The translations under genes were made by a program, and so were the position numbers. Below are positions 25,601 through 37,995 of a stretch of DNA of 48,903 nucleotides, in pieces (within the stretch, counting starts at the first letter, position 1; each line of letters begins with the position of its first letter). The notes under the pieces are model-generated. The model was not told where the DNA came from, searched no databases, and saw nothing but the letters and a program-made list of their open reading frames with translations. The DNA lies in contig NW_019091360.1 of assembly GCF_001949145.1 (NCBI RefSeq), positions 4,358,159 through 4,407,061 on the forward strand. The letters run 5' to 3'. The DNA comes from Acanthaster planci (Eukaryota).

Positions 25601-28600
25601 GCCTGAGGGTTGGTTAGGGTTAATATTTACTAAACTAAAACTTGCTGTTTCTTAAGTTTGTTTTATTTACATGGTGCACAGCAGGCTAGTGATGCATAAC
25701 ACATCTGCTTGCTCTGCAGACTATCTATTCAAGATGATATGACTGGGTCTTTTAAATGAGGGCGCACTCTGCAATTAGACCACTGATAACAAACAGGCCA
25801 ATCCAGAAACCAAGCACCTGTATGCTGGATCACATGTCACTGGCAAGAGCCAGTGATTGGACTGTCTGTGTGGGATATGACTGGGCCACCAATAGCAGTC
25901 AGGCTTTACCTGAAAGCCAGGATTAGTTGCAGGTTTCAGGTTGGATACCAGATACAGTGTGTGTTTTCCCCTCAACCCCCCTATGCATTATATTACAGCA
26001 GTGATAAGTTTCCATGATCTGTGTACTAAAATCTTTTTCTTTGGGCGGGAATGAAGATTATATCAAATTTTAACTGGAGTTTGAGTTATCCTAGCAGTTT
26101 TTTACATGTAGCTAGGATTTGAAAAGTGGGAGTGCAAAATGAAAAACAGCGAGTGCAATCTTGTGACAGTCCAAAATTTGTGTGCGAACTTTAAGCACCC
26201 AACACGAGCGTGCAGCGTAAAGTCCCTTCTAGCCGGAATCCAGGGTGTCTGCCTATTTAAGATGCTCTCTCAGTCTCTGGTGGTCTTTGGTGAATTTCTG
26301 ACTTTTTTTGAGACTTTTGCCTTTTCGGACAAAAAATTAACAGCCTCTAGAAAAAAATTAAATTGTAAAACTGTGTGTTATTGTTGGTTTATATAGTGTG
26401 ATTAAACAGCCCTGCAACAGAGAAGCGAATAATGACACACCTTTGAACAGATTTCTCATCACCACTTTATTTTGTTTTTAAAAAATGGTATGCAGGTAAT
26501 AATGCAGGTCAGTACTTGACACACATTTTGTGCCTTTTTGTTTGCAGTACAGTACATTCAGATTATTATGTGATAAACAAACAAATTAAAGATACAAAAT
26601 AAATCCCAGTATTCCTACATGCATGCTTCATTTGGCAATTTGGCTAGGAATTAGCAAATTGAGTACAAGACTTGACTTCAATGTAGATAAAAAATACATG
26701 ACGTACATGAATAGTGCATGTACATGCACACTGTACACACACCCACGAACACCAGGCATGCCACGTGCTTGCGCTTGTGCACGAGTCTGACCATTGCATC
26801 AGAAGAATTCAACAATATCTTCCATCGTTAAGGTAGAAGAACCTAAGAAGTTTTACATGTATGCTGATTATTGACAATAACAAAGATTATGTTTAGGCCA
26901 GCCCTTGCCTTCATGAAGAAATCCGTTATTTTTCGTTTCATTCTGGATGATATAGTGAGCACGCCGTGCAAGCCCCGAAATGATTTGAACCTTGTCCCCA
27001 TGGACTACTTCATGTGAGAGTGGGCGCAATATGGCAGCCAATGATTGCCATGGGAATGAGATTGATTACATGTACGATCGATAGCTGGTGAACAAGTATG
27101 GCTCCCTGTATTCATTTTGTTGCAAGTTGATAGATATGGTGTTGTAGTTAATTATTTGTGAGGGAACCCACCTACCGGCATTGATGCATTTGAACCAAAC
27201 GTGTGAACCGTAGTCCCAGCTTTACTGCAGCGTATTTTCTATTTTGGACTTGGTTGATGGGGCCAGGAAAAAGCATGGGAAAAGACTAAACTTGAGCTCA
27301 GATTTTATTTTCACATTTGTTTGGATCTAAATTGCATAAGCATCGAATTAAGTAGTGCATGGCTTGATTTGCACCGCCAGGCTGTGTTTGAAAAAATGGG
27401 CCATGATTTCACAAACTGGCTTTGCAAAACACGGCTGCACAGCTTGCTAGCTAAAACGCTGTATCCGAGTTGGATCCAATAAGATTTCACTTTACCTACA
27501 TGTAAGTACATGTAACTTGGAATGCCAAAAGCAGTGTGTCTGTTAAACTTGAAGTTTTGCACATGTATGGTTGGTCTAGAAGAAACTGATGTATTCCTTA
27601 AATTCATGTTATCCTCGGTATCTTTTTCAAAATGTTTGACACTGGTCATTGACCAAGCATCTGTAGGAGCATCAAAGCATCATCAGTATTTGCAGTTATG
27701 ATGTTGTCAATGAGTGTTTCTTAGTGGATTCAATTGGGTTTGGCTGGTCTCTTGACCTACAAAGTTTGGTTTGATTTTTTTTAATAATCAGTGCCTTTAT
27801 TGTTTTTTTTTTCTCAAATGCAGAAATTGATGAGCAAAGCTCAAGTGATCTTTGTGAACTGCATGTCTGTAAGACATAGTCAAGGAATCTATGGTAAAAT
27901 TTTGGAGGAAGTTCTTGGCAACCATCGAGGCAAGATCAGTGCCAAGGAAGCCTCACGACGACTACAGAAGACATTCACATCAGCAGGACAAATGATGTAA
28001 GCTAGATCTCACTATCTAAACTAAATCATGCTAGTACAATGAAAACTCCAGACTGACTCATGGAAATAATCATACCTTGAGTGCCACCTTAATGCTGGTG
28101 AAGGCTCAATTGTGTCTGCAGAATGCAATGGGGTGTAAATGATTGAAGAATTTGACTCGGATAACTCTGAGATTGAGGTGTTTTCCTAGGATGATATCAC
28201 AGTTAGACTCATGAGTAAACAACTTTACATTAGCATAAAAATCACCCCTCTTGAATATCCTTTAACAAGGTAAAAAAACACAATGTGAAAGTATAATTAA
28301 ATTGAACACAAAGGTGTACTTTCAAGGATTTCATTTAAAAAATGTTTGCTTGGAGCATGGAGTAACTGTATTTCTAATCATGTTTGTGTTGTGTTGCAGA
28401 GTGCTTGTGTTGGATGAGATTGACCATCTAGACAGTAAAGGTCAAGAAGTATTGTACACAATGTTTGAATGGCCATCACTTCCCAAATCAAGACTTCTTC
28501 TCATTGGTATGTCCATAGTAATAACTGATGCTGTCTTAGGTAATACTGAAGCAGAGTTCCAGTTGTAATAAATGTCTTCCTAAGGTGCTTTGGAAAAAGT

Positions 28601-31600
28601 AGATACATGTGTGGATTACATTAGTTAATATAATTTGTCAGTTACACCACAAAGTGATATATCATAGATAGTTGCCATACCACGGAGTGGCGTATTGTGT
28701 GTACAAAGTCTGTGGATAGTGCGTCACTTTGTGATGCAACAAAACTATCCTGTACGTCATTTTGTGGTGAAACTGACGAATTGTAAAGCTGTTGGAACTT
28801 GTGTATCAAACATGATTATTATGATAATCTCGATCAGGGCCCAATTTCATGGCACTGCTTACTGCAAGTGGAAACTTGGCACTTACCATAGCAGGAAATT
28901 CTGTACTTATAGTGAACGTATTTCATGGGTTAGTGAGGAATTTTTTTGGTAACTAAGGATTCTGTGCTTAACAGGTAAGTTCAGAATTTTTCTGCTAGCA
29001 CAGTTAGCGAAGAATGGAGATCGTAAGCCCAGAATTCTGCGGTAAGCAGCACCATGAAATTGAGCCCAGTTTACAGAAATGTAGAACCAATGTGAATAAT
29101 ACAGTTGGACAGTGACATCAAACATGATTTAATAGCATATTTGCATGCACACCAATATACACAATGTGTATTTCGTGGGTTTTACCACAAAGTGACATTT
29201 CGTGGATTGCTGCTGCACCACAAACTGGCGTATCGTGTGTACTAGTCCATAGACGGTATGTCACTTCATGGTGCACAAAAGCTATCCTGTAGGTCCCGTT
29301 GTGGTCAAACCGATGATATGAACCTACAATGTAACTGTCAGGATTATGTCTTTATGTGGATTAACCAGAAACGCAAACTGTAAACTGCCCAAATTATGTC
29401 ATTCCTCTTTATTCTAATGTTTCTTTCTTGCCTTTGGTCCACAGGTGTTGCCAATGCATTGGACTTGACTGACAGGATTCTACCACGTCTTCAAGCTCGA
29501 CCGAAGTGTAAGCCTGAGTTACTACATTTCTCACCATATTCCAAGGATGAGCTTGTTGCCATATTGCTGGACAGGGTACAGAATGTAAGTTTAGAGCCAA
29601 TGATTTTCCGTTTCAAAAATGGGTATTTTCCATTTCGCCAAATCCTGTATTTCAGGATTCAAATTCCGTTTCATACCTTCGTAAGCATGAAATAGAAGAG
29701 TAAGTTTTAAACTATGCACGGAAACCATTTGCCCAACCACATCGCCCCCCTCCCCCGAGAGAAAAGAAACAAAGATAGCAACAATACTGTTCGGAGAACT
29801 TCTTCAATCTTTCCAACGTTTTATAATTTCTGTAGTGAAAATTAAAAAAAAAATCCAGACAATACAGCACACCCTATCCCTTGATTTCCCACCGGCACAC
29901 AATCACCAAAAACTTGCTACGATTAATAAACGGACAATTCATGTGCCACTCCTTGTGTATGAAATCAGATTACATACATGTACATGTACAGTGAAGTCAC
30001 AGAGTAGGTCTTGCATGTAACAGTCGTTGATCACAATATGTTAATGTTGAACATCGACCCACCATTTTATTTGGCAGTTGTGCGACAAAATTCAGAAAGA
30101 TAACATTAAATCTGAGCCTTGAAATGTATGTTTGTGACTGAAAACTTCACTCTTTATTGAAAACTTGCAAGGGTCCATTCAGCTACAGTACACCAAGCTT
30201 ACAAGGTTTCGTTCAATTCAAGAAATATGTAATTAGTCTTTCGTTTCGCTGCAGCGGTTTCATCGTTTCACCATGTGGTACAAGCCTTGTCTCAAGGGGT
30301 CCCTACGGATTCACAGACTAAATTTCCCACATGTGCAATAGTCATATGTGTGAATAACAACTTGCTTGCGCCTTGATTTCATTGCTAGTACAGTGCACGT
30401 GTGAATAGCCAATGTTTGTATACACAATGTACCGTACTGTGCCGCTGTGTGGCAGCTGCTGCTGCACGAATGGGGCCCGCGCACGCCATAGCGCTTACAA
30501 GTATCGGCATTGGCGCGGACGACCCAATTATGCGGTGGGGTGGTGGAATTTAGCATGTTTCCAGCATAATTCGTTCATTAAAAGCAAGCATTTGAAAAGG
30601 GTTTGGTAGGCATTTATTTTTTTTGAATTTGCAGAAAGTTTTCTTTACTTTTTAAGCCATTCTTATAGGGAAAGTGTGCAAGTTCCATTTCAAGCTGTGG
30701 ATTCCATTTCAAAGTGTTGATTCTGTGAATTCCGTCCGTTTTCGCGCGATCGCAGAAAATCATTGGCTCTATGTAAGCACTGAGTTCACCTATTGACATA
30801 TACTAAATCTCATACCAACCATAAATGGTTGATTTTAGACTTGGCACTGAGCAAAGTCAAACAGTATTCACTGAAATTTGGTAATGAAATATTGAGGGGC
30901 TGAATACATATTGATTATCATCCTGAAGAGTCTTCTCCCTAACCCTCTTGAGTTGATTGAAATTCACATGGAGGATTGTTGAGGATTGTTGAGGATTTAA
31001 GAAAGTACAGCCTTGCATCTGTTACTTGATGAATTGGGGGGAGGGAGGGGAGGGGATAAGTGGCCAGTTGGTTTCCTGTATTGTGGCAGGTGTAATAGAA
31101 ATCAAGACAGTGTCCCCAATATGAAATTCTAGCAGGGTGGCAGGGTGCAGAGCTTAAAGCCCTCACGGCTCACTGAAGAGTCTTGGAAATTTTTGGATTC
31201 TAGATGCTCTGTTGTGCAATCTGAGGCATTTCCTGGCCACTTTTTTCTGATGTTTCATGTTCACTCCACTGATTGCAGTACACTTTTTTCTTCGATAAAT
31301 TGTAAAGACAGTGGGGAATTGGGGAATTTCCACTAAGAAAACTTAGTAGGGCTGTGAAGTTTTTAGCCATTAGGCATATCTGTCCACTAGGTGCACTGAA
31401 ACATTGATCCATGCTTTCATTTCTAGCCAGTCGGACCACTGTAATAGTCTTTTATATGGTCTACCTGATTGTCAGATAAATCAACTTCAATTGGCTCAGA
31501 ATGCCTGTGCTAGACTTGTTTACAAGTTGAGTAGGTTTTGTCATGTTTCACCATTGCTGGTTAAGCTGCACTGGCTTCCAGTGAAATTTAGAATTGATTT

Positions 31601-34600
31601 TAAAATATTAATGCTGGCCTACTGGTATACATGCTTCTATGGTTTGGCTCCAATCTATGTAGCAGACTTATCGTAAAGAAGACTTCATCTCATTGCATTC
31701 TTGGTACATGTACATGTAGTTGTCCTGATGATACACTGTTGGAATACCCCTCTTACCACACTGAGGTTACACTCGGGGACCAGGCTTTTGTTACTGTTAC
31801 TCTAAAACTTTGGAATGCCATGCTTGTACATATTAGAATGGAAAACAGCTTGGCCATTTTTTAAGAGATTATTGAAAACGTGTTTGTTCGAGCATGCCTT
31901 CTATTAATTCCTAAGGGTGTCAGTGTGAAGGGATCTCAGGGTGATCAGGGTGCAAATTAACCTTTTTTTCCTGGTAGTCAGTAGGACCAGTACTTCAAAA
32001 TTTCCACTGGTTCTGCTGAGAGTTTGGTGGTCCTACCAGAACTGCACACACAGCCGCATTGAGCAATCCTTGTTTGGGGCCTACATACATGTAAACGAGT
32101 TGGTAAGGCTTAGACTTTTGTTTCACTGGTCCCAGTCAGGTCTTGAACATGCGGTTCGAACACTGCTTTCAAAATGGCTGGGACCAGTAAAACAAAAATC
32201 ATAGAGCATTTTTGAAACGAAAGGAGTCGGCTTAGACTTTTAGATTCACTGGTTCCAGCCATTTTGAAACAGCATTCAAAACCACATTTTAAAGCTCTGA
32301 CTGGAACCAGCAAAACTGAAGTCTGAGTCGAGTGCACTCGTTTCAAAAACGCTCTACGTTAACCCACCGTGTGTTGCGCACACGTGGCAAAACTACAGTT
32401 GGGAACGTTCTTATGTCGCGCAGCTACAGTCCTGGGCAAATCTCGTTGGAACATGCCTCTTCCTTGCCCCTGTCAATGTTATTTCTCGTTGGGTAAGCTG
32501 GGCTTAATCTTTGCCAATAAATGACTATTCTACCGGCCTCGGGCTACCAGACCACAGTTAATTTCAACCCCTGGGGTGTTAAAAGGGTGTGCACATTGTC
32601 TGCTTGTCAGAATTCTTTTGTGAGGGGGTTGTTTGCTGATTCTTTTGATTTTGAGTCTTGTCGTCGAATGTTATATATTATATTTACTTTCTAATTTTCC
32701 CTTTATTAATTTGTTTCAATTATGATTTAGTGTTAATGTTTTCATGGAAAGGGCATATTTGTGCATTACAGAATTTGCGCTATATAAGTCAATCAATCAT
32801 TATTATACAGTTTTGGCAGGGCAGCCTGCCCTGATAAAACCATGTACCTTGTTGCCATCAAGATAATCATTTCTTTTGAATTTTTTGCAGAATTGTGATG
32901 AGAATGTTGTAGAACCAGTCGCATTGCAACTGTGTGCACGGAAGGTAGCTGCAGTGGCTGGGGACGTCAGGAAAGCTCTTGATGTTTGCAGGTAAGTCTG
33001 TCATGATTTGCTGAATGCTTGCTATGTTTCAGGAGAGGCCATTGAATAGGACATTATATTGTACTTTTACTTGCTAGCCAACCCTAAAAAAGCTTTTAGG
33101 TACCAAAGGGTACTATCCCCAAAAGATACAAATTTTGGATTCAACTCTGTGTTAAAAAGTAAGTTAAGAAAATACTTTAGAAGTATTTGATATTTTCTCA
33201 AAAACTACTGAGCTTAGAGAGCTCCCACATTACCTATGTGAAGGGTAAACCATTTAATGTCATTGAAAATATGTATGATGGAGTATATGATAGAGTGGAT
33301 GGGGTAATATACTTCACTGAACAAAGCCTGCTGCTGGATTTGAACCCGAGACTCTGATTTCAAACTGTGTCTGCCTGTTGATTGGTCAAGGGCTCTTAAT
33401 TGTAGATTGGTGATTGTCAGTTGTTAGTGTCTAAATGCTGTTAGAATGTTTTTGTAATGACTGAGTGGATTGAAGTACCAGATGATTAGTTGGAAGACTA
33501 AACTCAAAAACAGACCGGTAGTCATTACTTGGATTAGGGCTGAGTCAATTCGAAGAATTCACTATCTGAATATTTGACCTTCAATTCAATTGAATATCCA
33601 AATATTCAGTTGTACAGTTCGGCAGATTGTTGATGAACAAATCATATACAAAATCAGTTGCAATAATGCTCACAATTGTACATTACAGGGGTTTAGATAA
33701 CATGTGTATTGGCATAATGCACTTCCTGACTCGGAAATTTGGTCAAAATATGCAGCATACACCCTGCTCAACAGAGTAACATTCGTAGCAGATGCAAAGG
33801 TGCCCCGTGCATAACCGTGATGAATTATTTAGAAAATCCTGAATTGAAGGGAAAGACCTGAAGTGAAAGGTGTTGGTCACTAGACTTCCCAAAGATAGGA
33901 TGCAGTAAAATTGATTTCTAGCACATGGGAACCACACTATTTTCACTTTTTTTGCTTTGATGGATAGGGTTTGAGTTGCCTGAACTCCTCATCGAAAGTT
34001 CTGCGGAAAAAAACATTAAGTTTTCTGCAAGTTTGATCTGCTAAAATGGGCATTTTTTCAAGTGGCATTTTAAAGGCTTTCCAGTACATCTGCAAAAAAC
34101 CAGGTATCGGTTTTGCAAACTATTAGTCTGAAACACCGTAGAAAGATTGAGGTTTAGATTATGAGTGTAAGTACATTTGACTGCCGAGTAATGAAGTGCA
34201 CCTTGATTTTCTGAATGACTACATGTACCACCGGGTGTGTGCGCACAGCGGCTGGTCAACATGGCGTCCGCAGCAGTATAGTACTCTCCCTCTCATGAAG
34301 AAGAAGAGTACAATACAATACAATACTGAGGGCAAAAGATGACTGTACTCTACTCTGACCAAGGAAGTGGATATTGTACTCATGGCTTGAAGACAATTAT
34401 CTAAACCCCTGACATTATAATCACTGTAATGGCTTCTCACATCTAAGAATACATGTATCTCCAGCCACGATTTAGCAAGATTTAGATATGAACAATACTT
34501 CCTGTCCTGTTGAAAATCTCCATTCCTTAAAATTTTTGTAATGAATAATTTAACTTTTGAATTATAAGATTTCTGTCGCTTTTCACTAGAATCTGCTTGA

Positions 34601-37147
34601 AACAGGCCACCATTGTGCAATTTTCTCATTTAAAACGAGAAAAATGTCACTTTTCATGAAGTTTGCATTTGAATATTCAAATTTATAAGATAATATTAGA
34701 ATATTTGGTAATCTCGGCACAGCCCTAACTTGGATAGACTTACCCTTCAATATCAATATCTGTTTTACAGGCGTGCTGTTGAGATGGTTGAGTGTGATGT
34801 TAAGAGGCAACTACAGTTTAGCTGTAGATCACCAGGTGAGATTAAATAATGATGCAGTGATGTCAAATCAGTCAAGTAAAGAAGCTGTTTCAATCAGTTT
34901 CCTACCAAGGCCTTAACACCGAAAAATGAAAAAATATGCCTTGGAATGTCATCTTTCCTGACTAGGGGTGTGCATTTGTGGGTATTTTTAGAACCGGGTA
35001 CCCGTTTTTTGTTAACATCGGGTACCTATATTGCCAAGAATCCTATTTACACGCTGCATTCATAGAAAATAATCTCCAGTATTGAAGGAAGATTTGTTTT
35101 GCTGTTGATATCCATTTCTTGGTACATGTATAGACATGCTGAATTTGCTTGTAGAAAAACTTTGCTTATTTTTACGTAACTTTATAACATACCGGTTCTT
35201 TCATTTTGGATCTGTTTTGGGTTTAGGGAGAAAAACTGGTCAGACTTCAAGTGCAACAGTGAGCAGTCATTCTGGGGTGAAGACAGTTGGTCTGAAGCAG
35301 GTATCAAGTGTTATATCAGAGGTTTATGGGTCCAGTCTTACAACCAGTTCCAACCAATCTCAGACATTCCCTCTGCAGCAGAAACTGACGATATGTACTG
35401 TGCTCTTGATGGTACGAGGTGGCAAGTTCAAGGAAATCACTCTAGGAAAGGTAAGCATCTTTAAGACACTGGAGCCTGGTTTCTGTATCGACGTAGAGAG
35501 ATACAGAGAGCATTGCCTATTAGTTTTTGATGATATGCAATTTGTGCAATCATATGCAAACAGTGATGTGACAACTTTGCCGACTGTCTGCAATGAGTCC
35601 CCAAGTAGGCCTTTACCAATGTACACGCTGACATGACTGGCCTATGATATCTCAATGTGCACGCTGACATGACTGGCCTATGATATCTCAATGTGTAGCT
35701 GACATGACTGGCCTATGATATCTCAATGTGCACGCTGACATGACTGGCCTATGATATCTCAATGTGCACGCTGACATGACTGGCCTATGATATCTCAATG
35801 TGTAGCTGACATGACTGGCCTATGATATCTCAATGTGCACGCTGACATGACTAAAATGAAATAGTGTGGACAACTTATGTTGGTGAAATTTCCCAGTCTC
35901 TGCCAGTTTGAATAGCAGTGGGCATTGGCAATACGGCCTGTGCCTAATGTTTGTATAGGGGAGTGTTGGCTATGTACATTATGTTCATGGGCAGGGGATT
36001 GTCCAAGCCTATGTGTACATATAATGAACAAAAATGTATTTTTTGTGTCGGGAAATGTTCATTTTCAATAACATGTGTTGCCCTTACACCTAAGTTTATA
36101 ACACTAGATACTCGGTGTTTGTCCGAGAGTTTGTGAAAAAATTCACAAGCTTCAAATTGGATGGGACTTCAACCCATGACCTTCTGTTTACTAGTGCAAA
36201 TGCCTCAACCACTCGATCACCAAGCTTGCAGGGGTTGGCTGGCTGGTCTGAGTCAGAAGTAGCAGTGGGTACCACAAACTATTTATAGTTTGCAGTACCT
36301 ACGGAATAGTTTGGGGTGGCAACATCCATTGCAATATCTGACTCGGACCAGCCAGCTGACCCGGGAAGCTCATTGGTTGAGTGGTTAGACATCTGCACTA
36401 AGACATACGCAGGTGGTTGTGGGTTAGAGTCCCACCTGATTAAGCTAAATTGCCTTGATCAGTGTATTTGCTGTTGTGTAATATCTACCAGACATACCGT
36501 GGACTATTACTGTGATATGAAATAACTTTAAAATGAAATAGGTTGAAAATTCACAATGTAGTGGGGGGGGGTGTGTCTATGAGGGGCGGGGTACATGCTA
36601 GCATATAGGGAGTTGTATCATTTTTGCTCATCATGAATAAAGCATTTGAACAGATTTTCACTTGTTTTTCTTTCAGTGTCATGAGACATACAGCAAAGTG
36701 TGTAAGGATAGACAGGTACCCGCTGTAGAGCAGTCTGAATTCCTGTCTCTCTGTCAGTTGGTTGAAAGCAGAGGTGTGATCGGTCTCAAGTTCTCCAAAG
36801 ACCCCAGGCAGTCCAAGGTATTCACTTTACTATAACTGTCTTTTAGGGCTGTAACATTTTTGTGTTTTTTTTTCAAAATTTAACTTTTCAGAGATTAAAT
36901 TTGGAATTGTATCAAGTCCCAAACAGAAGTATTCTTTTTGGAATCACACTCTTCATTTCCAAGAAAAGCTTTGATTTAGTTGGATTGGATTTGATTTGAG
37001 TGGGTTCTTTCTCATCTGTCTTGTCTGTTTTTACACCAACCCCAGATCAGATTGAAACTAAATGAGAATGAAGTGGAGGCTGCACTTCAGGACAAAGTTC
37101 TCCTGTCATCCATCTTACAAGGTGATGTCTTGACCAAGATGAGGTAA
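19327..37147 (+). CDS. CDC6: Cell division control protein 6 homolog, 636 aa; join(19327..19636,21593..21940,23575..23774,27824..27996,28400..28506,29445..29584,32891..32991,34771..34835,35227..35450,36677..36817,37046..37147)
   Basis: 1911-nt spliced ORF, all introns GT-AG with consistent phases. Walker A GSLYISGAPGTGKT, Walker B VLVLDEID, ANALDLTDRILPRL, GDVRKALDVCRRA, winged-helix C-terminus, and an N-terminal S/T-P-rich region with a KEN box. Confidence 0.95.
21593..21940 (+). CDS. CDC6: CDC6 coding exon 2 (KEN box, CDK sites)
   Basis: gcacag|AA GTC...GAG G|gtgagt; PCCSPRKMKKENIP. Confidence 0.88.
23575..23774 (+). CDS. CDC6: CDC6 coding exon 3 (Walker A)
   Basis: tttgtag|GA GAA...GAG AAG|gtaatg; LLCRDKE...GSLYISGAPGTGKTAC. 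Confidence 0.96.
23838..24374. mobile_element. TTAA-flanked non-autonomous DNA transposon (Kolobok-like)
   Basis: TTAA|GGCACAATGTCAG...CTGACACTGTC|TTAA: TTAA target duplication, purine-purine start, imperfect TIR. Confidence 0.55.
25278..25620. mobile_element. TA-flanked MITE with telomere-like termini
   Basis: TA|ACCCTAACCCTC...GAGGGTTGGTTAGGGT|TA with repeated subterminal AAATCCTCC/GGAGGATTT; a related fragment lies near 30938-30998. Confidence 0.55.
27824..27996 (+). CDS. CDC6: CDC6 coding exon 4
   Basis: atgcag|AAA TTG...ATG AT|gtaagc; IFVNCMS. Confidence 0.93.
28400..28506 (+). CDS. CDC6: CDC6 coding exon 5 (Walker B)
   Basis: ttgcag|A GTG...ATT G|gtatgt; VLVLDEIDHLDSKGQEVLYTMFEWP. 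Confidence 0.96.
28641..29318. repeat. Diverged ~140-bp direct repeats (28641-28780 and ~29180-29318) bracketing the MITE
   Basis: Both read ACCACAAAGTGA...TGGCGTAT.GTGTGTAC...GTCACTT...CTATCCTGTA.GTC...TTGTGGT.AAAC.GA. Confidence 0.65.
28835..29069. mobile_element. MITE
   Basis: CAGGGCCCAATTTCATGGCACTGCTTAC...GTAAGCAGCACCATGAAATTGAGCCCAG, ~28-bp TIR. Confidence 0.75.
29445..29584 (+). CDS. CDC6: CDC6 coding exon 6 (sensor I region)
   Basis: ccacag|GT GTT...CAG AAT|gtaagt; VANALDLTDRILPRLQ...FSPYSKDEL. Confidence 0.96.
31329..31907 (+). mobile_element. L2/CR1-clade LINE, decayed 3' end of ORF2
   Basis: IHAFISSQSDHCNSLLYGLP...LQLAQNACARLV...LHWLPVKFRIDFKIL...GDQAF...KLWN...FKRLLKT, with frameshifts. 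Confidence 0.88.
32108..32356. mobile_element. MITE (32202-32356) with an adjacent truncated inverted copy (~32108-32200)
   Basis: TAGAGCATTTTTGAAACGA...TCGTTTCAAAAACGCTCTA TIR; the neighbouring segment is the reverse complement of its interior. Confidence 0.7.
32891..32991 (+). CDS. CDC6: CDC6 coding exon 7 (sensor II)
   Basis: ttgcag|AAT...TGC AG|gtaagt; ALQLCARKVAAVAGDVRKALDVCR. Confidence 0.96.
34771..34835 (+). CDS. CDC6: CDC6 coding exon 8
   Basis: ttacag|G CGT...CCA G|gtgaga; RAVEMVECDVKRQ. Confidence 0.92.
35227..35450 (+). CDS. CDC6: CDC6 coding exon 9
   Basis: gtttag|GG AGA...GGA AAG|gtaagc; VISEVYG...FPLQQKL...KEITLGK. Confidence 0.9.
35617..35852. repeat. Minisatellite, 35/36-bp unit, about 6.5 copies
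   Basis: GCTGACATGACTGGCCTATGATATCTCAATGTG(CAC/TA); units start at 35627, 35663, 35698, 35734, 35770, 35805, 35841. Confidence 0.95.
36080..36447. mobile_element. Two tRNA-derived (SINE-like) elements in head-to-head inverted arrangement
   Basis: Minus copy: A box at 36209-36219, B box GGGTTGAAGTCCC at 36163-36175. Plus copy: A box TGGTTGAGTGG at 36374-36384, B box GGGTTAGAGTCCC at 36421-36433. The inner flanks are also mutually complementary. Confidence 0.7.
36677..36817 (+). CDS. CDC6: CDC6 coding exon 10 (winged helix)
   Basis: tttcag|TGT...TCC AAG|gtattc; YSKVC...EQSEFLSLCQLVESRG. Confidence 0.94.
37046..37147 (+). CDS. CDC6: CDC6 last coding exon
   Basis: ccccag|ATC AGA...AGG TAA; IRLKLNENEVEAALQDKVLLSSIL. 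Confidence 0.92.
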   Translation: MRLKLNENEVEAALQDKVLLSSILQGDVLTKMR

Positions 37148-37995
37148 CCAGGCTTCAGGTGTGATCTGCAATCTCATGTGTCATAGTGTGGGGCCAAGAC
37201 TCTCCCCGATACCTTCTTTGGGAAGTAATCCTGCTGTAGTCTGCAACCTTCAGTCTCCTTCACTGAATGAGAGTTACGGCATAAGTGTCACCTTTGTTGA
37301 AATCTAATTGGCAGGTGTATTCATCAGTGTGTGTGTACAGTTGGTATGCGATAGCCACAAGCTCTACTGAACAGATTAACAGCCATTTTGTTTCCAGGCA
37401 CTACTCTGTCTATAGACAGCTTTTCTTGTGAGAAGTAAATCCTGCCATGATTTGAACTCTCCACAGCATATTGGTTTTGGATTTTGTTGAATGCTGCTCT
37501 TTGTCCAGCCCATCTGTAAACACTGAACAGAATTTTACTTCGGCTTGGAAGTGGATATTCATTTTGCAGTTTTTTCATTTGTAGAATGAGTTTTGTCAGG
37601 TTTGGGGAAAAAATCCAGGCTTCTTCAAATGAAATGGTGAAACTGTAGTTTTGTATGCTTGGCAAATATTTTAGACTTTTACTGTACCTAGTTAAACCCT
37701 GACATGAATGTTTTCAGATAAAACCTGATTTCAGGCTTTTTGATGTTAAATGCTAGAATAATGTCAGGCCTTAGCTTCTCTAGTCTTATTTCCAGGCTCT
37801 GGACAATATACCCTGACTAACACACTTGGTTAACTTGCTGATATTTTTCAACGTGACAAGACCCATGCAACATTTATCTCTTTATATACATGCATATGCA
37901 CATCACTGGCATGACGAGGACTTATAAAATGTGTGCCTCCCCAGGTGCCCCAGTTATAAATTCAACTCACTTGAGTCACAGATGATGTACAGAGA

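Noticed and set aside
35617..35852. 36-bp repeat as a CRISPR array
   Set aside because: Units are directly adjacent with no unique spacers, there are no cas genes, and the context is a eukaryotic intron.
36361..36447. Functional tRNA gene
   Set aside because: A and B boxes are degenerate and no clean cloverleaf is evident; treated as a tRNA-derived repeat.
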